64,000 nucleotides of DNA from a virus (IMGVR_UViG_3300038312_000327:1-64000); one strand, 5' to 3'. Shown: positions 45,593-55,263, counted from the first letter of the stretch. A program made the numbers and translations. Notes: generated by a model from the letters alone, not told the origin.

Positions 45593-45891
45593 TTATTTAA
45601 TTCACTCAATACATTCATCCAAAACTCTTCTATATCTTCAATATTCCATGAGCCAGGGTGTCTTTTGTATTCTTCCATATCAACCCATAGAGTACGATTA
45701 AGCATCAACTTTACGGCGATTTCGGCACATTGCACAGCACGACCAATTTTCATTAATTCACCCTCATATTGAGCAGACGGGCATTCATCCGTTCTGTTCG
45801 TTGAAGTCCATCCAGAAACAAAGTTGTAATACTCTTTTATGAGTTCTTTTGCTTTCTCTTTAGCGGCTTCTTTTATTTCTTCCTGTGTCAT
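45589..45891 (-). CDS. Hypothetical protein
   Basis: Operon context. Confidence 0.6.
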   Translation of the reverse strand: MTQEEIKEAAKEKAKELIKEYYNFVSGWTSTNRTDECPSAQYEGELMKIGRAVQCAEIAVKLMLNRTLWVDMEEYKRHPGSWNIEDIEEFWMNVLSELNK

Positions 45892-45904
45892 AGCCTTTGT
45901 ATTT

Positions 45905-46138
45905 CTATCTTGTCAATGGAAATTCATATTTCTCATAAAATATACTGTCCGCCTCTCTGAACTGATCCGTGAAACGGTTTGGCTCATTCCTGTCCCGGTA
46001 GTCGGTAATCGACATACTACGGATGCCGTAACCTGGAAGAATGAAGCTAAATCTGTTTGTCTTGTAGATGAAAATAATCAGTCCGGTAGATATGATCAAT
46101 AAAATGATGATCAGTATTGTTTTGAATTTTTCCTTCAT
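45905..46138 (-). CDS. Hypothetical membrane-anchored protein
   Basis: N-terminal TM segment. Confidence 0.55.
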   Translation of the reverse strand: MKEKFKTILIIILLIISTGLIIFIYKTNRFSFILPGYGIRSMSITDYRDRNEPNRFTDQFREADSIFYEKYEFPLTR

Positions 46139-46368
46139 AATTGTTTTATTTGCTTTAATTCGTTTAATTCTCTTTCAACTACTACTAACCGTTTCAGTAT
46201 CGGCTTCAGTTTTCTGTGCTCAGCTTCGTACATGAATTTATAATAATCACACTCAGACCGGATACGCTCATTTTCGGATTGTTCTTTTGTGGCAAATCTT
46301 CCGTTCGAAATACGGTTGTAGACACGTTTTGATGTCTTGTTTTCAAAAAATGATAGTTGTAAGTCCAT
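46135..46368 (-). CDS. Hypothetical protein
   Basis: Operon context. Confidence 0.6.
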   Translation of the reverse strand: MDLQLSFFENKTSKRVYNRISNGRFATKEQSENERIRSECDYYKFMYEAEHRKLKPILKRLVVVERELNELKQIKQL

Positions 46369-46369
46369 T

Positions 46370-46834
46370 TTAATAATTTTTCAATCTCAACTTCGTTTCA
46401 GGCTGTAACCCTACTCTCAGCCTGAATTTCTCATTCTTAATTGTTTCATTCCGCTTCCGGTGTACACGCTCGATTAATTCAGGATTATTCTTCATTGCTG
46501 GTACATGCCCTGGCTTGAACTGGTACATTTCACCCCCGGGAACACTCCATCCTTTTTGTCCTTTCGTCGGATTTGGACTACGGGCATCCCTTGCCATTTG
46601 TGAGATTTTCTTCCTGTTTTTATCCAGGAACGCAGGTTCTTTCTCTAATCCGAGTTCCCGGGCTTTGCGGATCATAGTCCTCATACTAACCCCAAGTTCA
46701 TAAGCTAAATCACGGTTAAACGAAGTAGCAAATTTTGAAGTTATGATATCTACCATTTCATCGGTCCACTCAATACCAGTTATCCTTCTTTTTGACGGAA
46801 TAATTGTAGGAATATAGAGTTCGTAGTAGTGCAT
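46370..46834 (-). CDS. HTH-containing hypothetical protein
   Basis: WT..LAYELGVS..IRKARELGL; FKPGH motif. Confidence 0.6.
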   Translation of the reverse strand: MHYYELYIPTIIPSKRRITGIEWTDEMVDIITSKFATSFNRDLAYELGVSMRTMIRKARELGLEKEPAFLDKNRKKISQMARDARSPNPTKGQKGWSVPGGEMYQFKPGHVPAMKNNPELIERVHRKRNETIKNEKFRLRVGLQPETKLRLKNY

Positions 46835-46844
46835 GACAAATAAA

Positions 46845-47099
46845 TTATTTTATGTTTTTTAATTTATCCCAGTAGTCACAGGCCATAGAATCGTTAATTT
46901 CTAATTTGGTCATGAATTCATGAATTCCGTGGTGAACACTTGCAGCTGAATAGCCAAACATTTTACCTATTTTAGGCTCTGAAAAACGCTTTCTTCTGCT
47001 CAAATAATAATATGCAGCAAAACGTGCCCAGGCATATTCTGGCTGCCGTGTCCTTATCGACACATCAATGCCGAGTAATTCAGAAAGTTTCTTTATCAT
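46845..47099 (-). CDS. DnaA C-terminal-like HTH protein
   Basis: AWARF..IGKMFGYSAASVHHGI; start re-placed. Confidence 0.55.
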   Translation of the reverse strand: MIKKLSELLGIDVSIRTRQPEYAWARFAAYYYLSRRKRFSEPKIGKMFGYSAASVHHGIHEFMTKLEINDSMACDYWDKLKNIK

Positions 47100-48768
47100 C
47101 GTTATTATCTTTTTGATTGAATAAATTGGCCACAAGATCAACTATGTTTTCAGGAATTTCTTCAGTGCTTCCAGTAACGGCGTTGGCAATTCCTTTTTTC
47201 ATCTGAATGATCTGATACACCTTTTCATCGATTGTATTGCGACCGAGAAAATAATAGCACGTAACGCTGTCTTTTTGACCGATACGGTGCGCTCTGTCCT
47301 CGCATTGCACGCAATCCGCATAAGTCCATGGGAATTCTATAAATGCCACGTTCGAAGCTGCTGTGAGCGTTAAACCCACGCCTGCAGCTTTGATGGAACA
47401 GATGATTATATCCGTTTCCGGATTGTTCTGAAAACTATCGACTGCAGCTTGCTTTTCATTTTGATTCTCGCGACCGGTTACCGATACTGCTTTCGGAAAT
47501 GCTTTTTTAAGTCCGTCCACTACTTCATGAAGTGAGCAAAACAAAATGATTTTTTGATTGTTTTCCCGGAAGTCCTGAACGAATTCAACTACTTCCTTAA
47601 TCTTTCCACGTGCCGAGATCTGACGCAAAATATTGATGCGAACCATTACTTCACCCCTGAGCGCTCTCTGTATCTTTTCATCCGTTGCATCCTTGTATTT
47701 GATAAGGTATGAAATCAAATCCTTTTCGGCATCCTGATATTCCTTTCTGTTCGTTATTTCACAAATCATTGTTTGGCGAACCTTGTCGGGCAAATCCTTC
47801 AATACTTCATGCTTTTCACGACGGAACATGGATTTATGCCATAGATTGTAGTTTAATTCTTTCAGGTTGCTTGCCTCATTGGGTCCGGAGCAATAGCGCT
47901 GAACGAAATGCTTGTAACCGCCAAAGTCTTCCATTCGTCCGAGAATAGACAATTGAGCGACTAAATCTTTCGGCTTATTTACTACCGGTGTACCTGTGAG
48001 TTGAACAACATACTCCTTGCCGGCGCTGATTCCTTTTGTGAATTTGGCCTGCTGTGTGGCTGAACTTTTGCATTTATGGCTTTCGTCAATAATTACAGAT
48101 TTGAAAAGATTTATCGTTTGCCTGAATTCCACATCACGTAATGTCCACCGTTCGGCTTTTTTAATGCGCAGAACGAAGTATTTTTTCAGTGATTCATAGT
48201 TGACGATGAAAACCTGATACAATCCGGTTTGCCAAAAAAAAGGCCAACTTTCTTTCACGCTATCGGTGAGAATCATCGCTTTTTTATCAGTAAATTTGTG
48301 CCACTCCCGCTCCCAGTTGATTTTGAGAGCAGATGGACAAATAACAAGGCATGGAAAAGCATCAGCGAGATTGATCGTTGCGATTGATTGTAATGTTTTG
48401 CCCAACCCAGGGGCATCGGCATTTATAAACCGCTTTAACTCCAACCCGCGACTAATACCTTCCAACTGATATGGATAGGGTTGTATTTTCAATCCGTGTG
48501 GAATTTCAAGCTGCTTTAGCTTTGGTAAATCATAAACAACATCCTCGACGGTTTTCGGCGTATTGCCATTCATCCATTCAACCGGTCCGAAATACTTTGC
48601 GTAACCGGCAAAACGGTTCAATTGCTCATGGGAAGATTTTGGGACAGTCCATTCTTTTGTTCTGCCATCAAACCTTCTGCCATCGATTCTTTTAATCTGA
48701 TCGATTAGTTTGGGATGATATTTTACCGCAATACGATAAAAACCGCGAGGATCTTCTGTGATTGTCAT
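47080..48768 (-). CDS. SNF2-family helicase/translocase (HARP-like)
   Basis: DAPGLGKT, IIDESHK, LTGTP, QCEDRAHRIGQ. Confidence 0.92.
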   Translation of the reverse strand: MTITEDPRGFYRIAVKYHPKLIDQIKRIDGRRFDGRTKEWTVPKSSHEQLNRFAGYAKYFGPVEWMNGNTPKTVEDVVYDLPKLKQLEIPHGLKIQPYPYQLEGISRGLELKRFINADAPGLGKTLQSIATINLADAFPCLVICPSALKINWEREWHKFTDKKAMILTDSVKESWPFFWQTGLYQVFIVNYESLKKYFVLRIKKAERWTLRDVEFRQTINLFKSVIIDESHKCKSSATQQAKFTKGISAGKEYVVQLTGTPVVNKPKDLVAQLSILGRMEDFGGYKHFVQRYCSGPNEASNLKELNYNLWHKSMFRREKHEVLKDLPDKVRQTMICEITNRKEYQDAEKDLISYLIKYKDATDEKIQRALRGEVMVRINILRQISARGKIKEVVEFVQDFRENNQKIILFCSLHEVVDGLKKAFPKAVSVTGRENQNEKQAAVDSFQNNPETDIIICSIKAAGVGLTLTAASNVAFIEFPWTYADCVQCEDRAHRIGQKDSVTCYYFLGRNTIDEKVYQIIQMKKGIANAVTGSTEEIPENIVDLVANLFNQKDNNDDKETF

Positions 48769-48779
48769 AAGGAGTCGAG

Positions 48780-49394
48780 TTATGCTGTTTCGTCAAATGC
48801 TTTGTTCTCTATTTCGGCTTTCTTCTTTCTGCCGCGTTTCTTGGGCTTTTCAGCAGTCGAAAATTCAACCGACACATCTACTCCATCCGGGGCATCAAAA
48901 TCAAGTGAGAGCTGTTTAACACCCCACTTCTCGTTGAATAGATATTCGGTAGTTTCATAATCACATGCTTCAATATCTGCAGCCAGTTCACCTGCATAAT
49001 CGTAAGCGTCGGAATCCGCAAACTGAATGAACGGTGAAATCAAATTGAGAACTTTACCCGATTTGAGCAGCTTTTGTCCGATGATGGTAACGCCTGCCGA
49101 TTCTTCGGAACCACCGTGCGTGTAGCCGGTTATTACATAGCTATTCAAAATTTCGGGGTCGAAATCGTAAATACCTTCGCTTTTGATACGTTCAGATTCA
49201 GGCATTTCGCAAAAGCAAACCAGGTGTAGTTTTAGTTTATCCAATGCCTGGCGAAAATCGGTATGAATCATTTGTGCGCACTTCTTGTCGATGGTGTTTG
49301 AGTAGTTTTCTTGTGGAAAATACTCATCGTATGTTACTTCGAGTTTCCCATCTTTAATTTTCACTTTTTGGATGGTGTTTTTTGCTGTTTCCAT
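48780..49394 (-). CDS. Hypothetical protein
   Basis: 204-aa ORF in early operon. Confidence 0.7.
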   Translation of the reverse strand: METAKNTIQKVKIKDGKLEVTYDEYFPQENYSNTIDKKCAQMIHTDFRQALDKLKLHLVCFCEMPESERIKSEGIYDFDPEILNSYVITGYTHGGSEESAGVTIIGQKLLKSGKVLNLISPFIQFADSDAYDYAGELAADIEACDYETTEYLFNEKWGVKQLSLDFDAPDGVDVSVEFSTAEKPKKRGRKKKAEIENKAFDETA

Positions 49395-49597
49395 TAAATT
49401 GCCTCCCTTTTTACGAACCGTCCTCTTTCATCTCTCTCCGGTACCATTTGCTGATACATCTCGACTGCTTTGCGCAGTGAATCAGCCTGAAGCTTTGCAT
49501 CGTTTGCCAGTACTTGTAATTGCAGGTTTTCATCTGCTAATCCCCTAACTTGTGCTTCCAGGGATTGAATTCTTCTTTTTAGTTTTTTTGCGAACAT
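49394..49597 (-). CDS. Small coiled-coil protein
   Basis: RDERGRFV tail. Confidence 0.6.
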   Translation of the reverse strand: MFAKKLKRRIQSLEAQVRGLADENLQLQVLANDAKLQADSLRKAVEMYQQMVPERDERGRFVKREAI

Positions 49598-49629
49598 AAT
49601 TTTGAAATTTTAAATTGTGAAACTTATGA

Positions 49630-49740
49630 TCATTTGTCTTTTTGAAAGCCTTCGACGACCATTGAAATAAATATTCCAATAGCGAGGATAAACCCGATAG
49701 TTTTCCAGAAATTATCGAACAGGAACTGTACAATTTCCAT
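49630..49740 (-). CDS. 36-aa single-TM microprotein (not in ORF track)
   Basis: MEIVQFLFDNFWKTIGFILAIGIFISMVVEGFQKDK fills an operon gap. Confidence 0.5.
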   Translation of the reverse strand: MEIVQFLFDNFWKTIGFILAIGIFISMVVEGFQKDK

Positions 49741-49741
49741 A

Positions 49742-50158
49742 TTAAAAACCTTGATTTTGATAATTTGAAGTATATTTCATTTCTTCCTTTGCTTTGCTGA
49801 TTAAGGTCCTACACCAGTCTAATTGATGCGTTGCAGATCTGTTTACTCTCTCACACCAGTCGACCAGATATTGCTGTTCCTTGCAAAGTGATTTGATGAT
49901 CTGATTAACCGCAGTAGAAGTTGCTTTAGCTTGTTTGCCGGCCTCCCTGATTGTCTCAAATACTTCATCTTTCATTTTCTCGTTCAGGTAATACTTTGCG
50001 TCGGCTAAAAGCTTCCCGGAACGAGCGATAAATACTGCTAAGTCATTTCCACGTTCGGCTACTTCTTCGATTTGTTCACTGCAAGTGATATTAAGGTAAG
50101 CATCGATCATTCTCAGCTCGTCCAAGATCTGCTCTTGTGGTGTGATGTTTAGGTTCAT
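49742..50158 (-). CDS. Hypothetical helical protein
   Basis: Early operon. Confidence 0.7.
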   Translation of the reverse strand: MNLNITPQEQILDELRMIDAYLNITCSEQIEEVAERGNDLAVFIARSGKLLADAKYYLNEKMKDEVFETIREAGKQAKATSTAVNQIIKSLCKEQQYLVDWCERVNRSATHQLDWCRTLISKAKEEMKYTSNYQNQGF

Positions 50159-50162
50159 TTTC

Positions 50163-50822
50163 TTATACTATTAATTGCCAATACTTGAATGCGAGATCGA
50201 GGTATTTCTCTTTACCACGTTCATACGTTGCATCCCCCCGCTGAATAAAATATTTGAATACCTTGCAATTCTTCTTCGAAATGGCATAGATAAAATCCCG
50301 GTCACTATCTATTATATCCATGTACCACGCCCTCGACCTATCCCAGTCGAAGAAATCAATCGCTTCTTCAAATTGCTTTTGTGATTCAGCAGCCGTACTT
50401 TTCAGATCGCCACCGAAGTGCATCACGTTAAGGTACCAGTCCCACTTGCATCTCGTATCAAGTGTGAATTCAAACCCGCAATAATCAAATGTTTGCCCCT
50501 GCCGGATGCTGACCTTCTGCGTATCGGAAAGCTTGAGAACATTCGCCAAGAACGGATCCTTTCTTGATTCAACAAGTAGCGATTTTCTCATCTCTTCCGC
50601 AAGCCTGAAATCATCTTCCAGGTATTGAACATCGTCAACTTTCAGGTTGTAAAAATCAACTCTGTGAGGTTCTGTGATCATCGCATCGATAAGTGATCCG
50701 AACTTGAAAGCTTTCTCCTTATCCCCGTACTGAGTACGAGGATAAAGGAGATTTTTCAGCTCTGTCAAGTCGGAATTGCTGACTTCTTTACGTCGATAGT
50801 ATGTATCTGGATTTCCTGACAT
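50163..50822 (-). CDS. PD-(D/E)XK exonuclease (RecE/ExoVIII-like)
   Basis: RCKWD..GDLKST..AWY; near recT. Confidence 0.75.
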   Translation of the reverse strand: MSGNPDTYYRRKEVSNSDLTELKNLLYPRTQYGDKEKAFKFGSLIDAMITEPHRVDFYNLKVDDVQYLEDDFRLAEEMRKSLLVESRKDPFLANVLKLSDTQKVSIRQGQTFDYCGFEFTLDTRCKWDWYLNVMHFGGDLKSTAAESQKQFEEAIDFFDWDRSRAWYMDIIDSDRDFIYAISKKNCKVFKYFIQRGDATYERGKEKYLDLAFKYWQLIV

Positions 50823-50825
50823 GGT

Positions 50826-52055
50826 TTATTTTGCCTTTACATCGTCCACATATTCCACGAAAGCCGACTGGATGAATTCGCTATCCTTGTTCGCTTTCTT
50901 TTCACAGAAGGTGATCATCTTCTTGTGTATCTTTTCTAGTTCATCAATTGGCAATTTTGCTCCTTCGCCTAAAAACCACATCTGATATATGTCAAGAAAG
51001 CCTTTGGCGTTATTCACGATGATTTTCTTCGTAACCTTTGCTTCCGGAATAGATGTCGGGATTGCAGCTGCAGTTGCACCGAATGATGCAAAGATGCCCG
51101 CTTGGGCCGCCTGCGCTTCAAGTCGTAATTTCTCTTCTGCCTCGCGTTTTTTCTGCTCTTCTTCGCGTTTTTTCTTTTCTTCTTCCTCGCGAAGTTTTGC
51201 AACTTCTTGTGCACGTGCGGCAGCTTCAGAATCTTGCTTTCTAAGCTCTTCAATACGTTCCAGTTCCTTTTTCTTCGAAGCAAGACGGATAACAAAATCA
51301 TCTTTCATCGACTGGATATCATTGCGGAATTTTGTTTGATATTCTATGATGAGGCCCGGGACCACTTCTCGCTTTATAGCGGTGATCGCTTTTTCATCGA
51401 GATAAACGAATCGGAATTCATCCTTGAATCCTTTAAAATGTTCAGTTGCATCGTAAACTGTTGAGAATTCCGCAATCTTTTTTGAATCGTTTTCGAAGTT
51501 TTCAAGTGTTAATCCTGAAAACAGATCAGAGAGTTCAACAGCTTTACCTTCAAAATGCTTTGAGTAGTATTTCTGTAGCGAAAGAGAAAGGTCGGCCCGA
51601 TACTCGCTTTTTTCGTTTTCTTCAGCCTGGCGTTTGCGTTCCGCTTCCTCGCGTGCTTTCTGCTCTGCGAGTTTCTTTGCAGCATAATTGTTCCGGAAAA
51701 CTTGCAGTCGTGCAGGTATGGAACTTGCATTCGTGGGGTTTATTTCATTTTCCAACGTGGTGAACTCTTTGGCCACACGTGTAAGCAATTGCGTTAGCGG
51801 AGAGCGACGTTCATTCATCTTCTTGACAGTAACCTTGGCCTTATCTATGAAGTCCGATACCTTCGCATCCAGATCATCACTAGTAATAATACCTCCTGCA
51901 CCCTCAATCGTGTCAAGGAGTGTTTTTCCGGCATCGTTGCAACGTACAACTGAATTTTGATTTTTTGACAGCATGTCCGGAGCTGTCTGAATGATGCTTG
52001 TAAATTCTTCTACCTTAATGGGAAGATTTGCTGTTTGTGTTGTTTCTATTGTCAT
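50826..52055 (-). CDS. Coiled-coil hypothetical protein
   Basis: 409 aa, E/K/R-rich helices. Confidence 0.75.
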   Translation of the reverse strand: MTIETTQTANLPIKVEEFTSIIQTAPDMLSKNQNSVVRCNDAGKTLLDTIEGAGGIITSDDLDAKVSDFIDKAKVTVKKMNERRSPLTQLLTRVAKEFTTLENEINPTNASSIPARLQVFRNNYAAKKLAEQKAREEAERKRQAEENEKSEYRADLSLSLQKYYSKHFEGKAVELSDLFSGLTLENFENDSKKIAEFSTVYDATEHFKGFKDEFRFVYLDEKAITAIKREVVPGLIIEYQTKFRNDIQSMKDDFVIRLASKKKELERIEELRKQDSEAAARAQEVAKLREEEEKKKREEEQKKREAEEKLRLEAQAAQAGIFASFGATAAAIPTSIPEAKVTKKIIVNNAKGFLDIYQMWFLGEGAKLPIDELEKIHKKMITFCEKKANKDSEFIQSAFVEYVDDVKAK

Positions 52056-52075
52056 TTTATGAAAGTTTTAAATAG

Positions 52076-52357
52076 TTATTTTCTTAATGCTTCGTCTATA
52101 ACTTTTTCTGCCAAATTGAGGCTATGATTGATGTGATCGTTAATACTGCCGCGTTGTGTCGTATTCCAATAATCAACGATAGATATTAATGCTTCGAGCA
52201 TTCTGGGTGCTGTTGCTATGAGTTGAGCATTTGCTTTTGCTTCATCGTAACTCCACCCTGATACACTGTTAGTTATTTTACATTGATACGGCATTGAAAC
52301 TATTGAAGTTCCACCTGAAACAACCCATTCACCTTTTGTTCCTTTAAATCTTTCCAT
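52076..52357 (-). CDS. Hypothetical protein
   Basis: Start re-placed (MERFKGTKGEW); ANAQLIATAP motif. Confidence 0.65.
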   Translation of the reverse strand: MERFKGTKGEWVVSGGTSIVSMPYQCKITNSVSGWSYDEAKANAQLIATAPRMLEALISIVDYWNTTQRGSINDHINHSLNLAEKVIDEALRK

Positions 52358-52358
52358 C

Positions 52359-53303
52359 TCAAAATCCCTCCTCTTCGTCTGATTGAGAAACCATAACAGG
52401 AGTTGCTTCCTGAACTTCTTCGGGTTCATCAAAACCGTTTTCAACAACTTCAGCTTCAGCATCAACCACACCATAATCGATTTCAGGTTCAAGCTCTTCT
52501 ATTGATTGCATGTTCGTAAACTTGCCGACACGTACTTTAGGATAGGCATCGAAAGCATGCTTGATCATCTTATTTTCGAGGAAACCAGGATCGATCTGCC
52601 CGTCATTCGATGAATAGAGCTCATTTGCTTTGCCTTCTACACGTTTTCTTGCATTGTTGTCCCAATAGCTGTTTGATCGTGATGAAAACCCTTTCAGGCG
52701 CTCAATATCACCTTCAAGAAGCCACTGATAGTCCTCTGATCCATCATTGCGGACAATGCGGATGAAAGCACCTATGATCTTGTTTGATTTACGGGGGATG
52801 GCAGCTGAGTATGTGATTTTCTTCACACCTCTGTCAAGGTCAATCGAGAAAGTGTCACCTTCATACACGACAACTGGATTATCAGCGTACTTGATTTGGC
52901 CGGCCCTCATTCTCATTACTAATTCACCGTAACCGGTAACCGAAACAGATGCTCTCTTTTCATAGATATCCTTTCCGTATTGGTCCTTGTGGCCAGTTTT
53001 CGAATTGCGGGGGATCATGTAGCAGTGTGGTCTGCCGGTAGGGTCCAATGAGAGGCCATTGACAGCCATATCAAGGAAGCAACCATAAAGGCTCATCTTG
53101 CTACATTCCTGGAGTGTTGGGTTATCCTGCAATACTTTCTGGAAGTTAAATACTTCCTTGTGGTACATTTGTGTACCCTTGTCGGTACCATGAATCGAAT
53201 TGTACATCTGGATGAACTTCTGTTCAACCATTTTACTTTCCACAATTTGAGTTGCTTCAAGCTTGTTTAATTCGTCGACTTTGATTTGAATTGCTGTGCT
53301 CAT
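52359..53303 (-). CDS. recT: RecT-family single-strand annealing protein
   Basis: SLYGCFLDMAVNGLSLDP..CYMIP..VTGYGE..VVYEGD. Confidence 0.88.
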   Translation of the reverse strand: MSTAIQIKVDELNKLEATQIVESKMVEQKFIQMYNSIHGTDKGTQMYHKEVFNFQKVLQDNPTLQECSKMSLYGCFLDMAVNGLSLDPTGRPHCYMIPRNSKTGHKDQYGKDIYEKRASVSVTGYGELVMRMRAGQIKYADNPVVVYEGDTFSIDLDRGVKKITYSAAIPRKSNKIIGAFIRIVRNDGSEDYQWLLEGDIERLKGFSSRSNSYWDNNARKRVEGKANELYSSNDGQIDPGFLENKMIKHAFDAYPKVRVGKFTNMQSIEELEPEIDYGVVDAEAEVVENGFDEPEEVQEATPVMVSQSDEEEGF

Positions 53304-53315
53304 TTTGATTTGTCT

Positions 53316-53618
53316 TTAAATAGTTATAAGTGATTCTTTAAGTTGCTCTAGTTTCGTTTCAGCGGTTTTTAATTCCGCATTTACTTCTGTGTAGTATTCT
53401 TCAGTTTCGTAAGGCCTTGTTAATTTGTAATTCAAGATCCACAACTGACGTAATAACTCCACGATTTCATTATCATCAATTTTGCTGAGTACTATGCGGA
53501 ATTGATTTTTTTGAGATTCTGCTTTTTTTTGATTCTGCTTGTATCCATAATCATCCATCTGCCAATACCAGTCGAAAGAGGAGATTATAGTTAGTGCTTC
53601 TTTAATTAATTCCTCCAT
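53316..53618 (-). CDS. Hypothetical protein
   Basis: Early operon. Confidence 0.6.
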   Translation of the reverse strand: MEELIKEALTIISSFDWYWQMDDYGYKQNQKKAESQKNQFRIVLSKIDDNEIVELLRQLWILNYKLTRPYETEEYYTEVNAELKTAETKLEQLKESLITI

Positions 53619-53631
53619 ATAATTCCAATAT

Positions 53632-53748
53632 TTACCTGAATATCAAAGCTATAATTACAAGCGACACTACATATATTGCAGCTGCAATGGCGATCACATT
53701 TGTGACGATGTTTGATGTCTTCCCGAAAAGAATATCCTCAAGTTTCAT
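53632..53748 (-). CDS. 38-aa single-TM microprotein
   Basis: Start re-placed at ATG 53748, preceded by the ATAACTATTTAA motif. Confidence 0.5.
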   Translation of the reverse strand: MKLEDILFGKTSNIVTNVIAIAAAIYVVSLVIIALIFR

Positions 53749-53767
53749 TTTGCCGTCTTTTAAATAG

Positions 53768-54055
53768 TTATCTGAAAATCTTGTTTGCCGGAATGATATT
53801 CTGAATATCGAGCATCCGGCTTGCAGTCTCGAGTTCAGTACGTTTGAAATATACTTTGCCACGTTCTTTATTTCCTGTCGGGTAACCTACGATCCAGCGT
53901 TTGTGTCTCCAGTCTTTGATTAATCTGCTGCCGTATTGTTTTTTGGCTTGTGATTCTGTTACAATTTCGTGGGTGATTCCTAAATCGTTAAGAGTGTTGT
54001 GCACTCCGATCTCTATTGCTTTACTGATAATTGTTTCGATTACTCTGTCTTCCAT
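53768..54055 (-). CDS. Small DNA-binding protein, possible excisionase
   Basis: Short helix-turn pattern followed by KVYFKRTEL; early position. Confidence 0.5.
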   Translation of the reverse strand: MEDRVIETIISKAIEIGVHNTLNDLGITHEIVTESQAKKQYGSRLIKDWRHKRWIVGYPTGNKERGKVYFKRTELETASRMLDIQNIIPANKIFR

Positions 54056-54082
54056 AATTATACAACTGTTAAAATTGAGTTA

Positions 54083-54127
54083 TAAAGCGAGTTGGATTTT
54101 GTATGCTTAACACCTCGACAACGCTTT
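54083..54127 (-). ncRNA. Candidate regulatory RNA element in the early transcript
   Basis: AAAGCG/CGCUUU hairpin carrying complements of boxes at 111-124, 1616-1632 and 1690-1702. Confidence 0.4.
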
Positions 54128-54159
54128 GCCGGGCTGTTGTTTAATTATTGAATTTTAAG

Positions 54160-54327
54160 CTAATCGGGTAATTCTTCGTAAGTGAAACGAACAGATTTGC
54201 AGTTGAGTGTAGATTTGTAAATTTGCACTCTCATTGCTTCCAAGTCGGTTGTTGTACGCCTGTCGTTACTAACTTTACGATCTCCGTTTATCAGTTCGCA
54301 GATGATTTTTGTAATTACTAATTTCAT
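54160..54327 (-). CDS. Hypothetical protein (55 aa)
   Basis: Start re-placed just after the upstream stop. Confidence 0.5.
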   Translation of the reverse strand: MKLVITKIICELINGDRKVSNDRRTTTDLEAMRVQIYKSTLNCKSVRFTYEELPD

Positions 54328-54331
54328 TCTG

Positions 54332-54883
54332 TCAATGGTTGAAAAGGTTATTGTTCTTTGCGTATAAGTAAAATTCAGCGAGAGAATGTGTTCCGGTACG
54401 CTTGAAAGCATTGCGCTTGTGTGTACGTACAGTTTCGGTAGACAAGCACATATCATCGGCGATTTGCACTGTAGATTTATTCTTGTAGTAATTGCTCATC
54501 ACCTCAATTTCACGTTCCGAAAGATTCGAGTTGAATCTAGGTCTACAGATAATTCCTTCATGTGGGCACTCTCCACGTAACGGGCATTCAACTTCTTCAA
54601 AATTGAAATATCCGAATTGATCGATATCAACTACACTGTCAAAGCGGCCCCAGTTGCAGCGGATAAACCGGCTCACGATTGAATATTCGAAGTGTGGAAT
54701 GTTAAAGCGTTTTTTATCGAAATGCTGTGATAGCCTTGCAAGTGTATCGGGATGGAAATCACCGATTTTTTGCATCATTGCGGAAATGAAATTACGGTCG
54801 TTCTCCTTTAGTTCCCGAACACCTTTTTCATCATGAATCATAATCCCTCCATTCGGGGTACGGTAGAATTCGATGTTTTTCAT
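54332..54883 (-). CDS. LuxR-type HTH regulator with Cys-rich N-terminal domain
   Basis: LSEREIEV..IADDMCLSTETVRTHKRNAFKR; CPLRGEC. Confidence 0.85.
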   Translation of the reverse strand: MKNIEFYRTPNGGIMIHDEKGVRELKENDRNFISAMMQKIGDFHPDTLARLSQHFDKKRFNIPHFEYSIVSRFIRCNWGRFDSVVDIDQFGYFNFEEVECPLRGECPHEGIICRPRFNSNLSEREIEVMSNYYKNKSTVQIADDMCLSTETVRTHKRNAFKRTGTHSLAEFYLYAKNNNLFNH

Positions 54884-55155
54884 ACGGCGTCAGGAAAAAG
54901 GATTTCAGGTGATGAATTCAAGTGTTTTGCGATCTTTTCCTGGACGTGAAACGGAGGTGTGTTTTGTCCCAAACACCAGGTCCTTACAGTTTCCGGAGTA
55001 CGGCCAGTGAGTTCAGATATCGCCTCCAATAATTCATCTTTGGGTTTTGCTGCTATTACGCGTGTCGCATTGGGTAGTTTGGCATAATACTCTGTAAGAG
55101 GTAAATTTTTAAAATCAGAGTTGTTAATCTTGATTTTTTCGGTTTTTTTATCCAT
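54880..55155 (-). CDS. Cro-like HTH protein
   Basis: ISELTGRTPETVRTWCLG; first gene divergent from the repressor. Confidence 0.7.
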   Translation of the reverse strand: MDKKTEKIKINNSDFKNLPLTEYYAKLPNATRVIAAKPKDELLEAISELTGRTPETVRTWCLGQNTPPFHVQEKIAKHLNSSPEILFPDAV

Positions 55156-55210
55156 CTTTGTAATGTTTAAAATAGTTATACTTCGTGTTCCCTGTTTTAA
55201 ATAGTTATTG

Positions 55211-55263
55211 AAAATGAGGGTGGAAATTCATAGATTGGCGTCGCTGAAGCCACCCTCAATTTT
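55211..55263 (-). promoter_or_regulatory. Long hairpin in the early-operon leader (possible attenuator)
   Basis: GAGGGTGG/CCACCCTC stem with inner TTCA/TGAA, followed by ATTTT. Confidence 0.45.
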
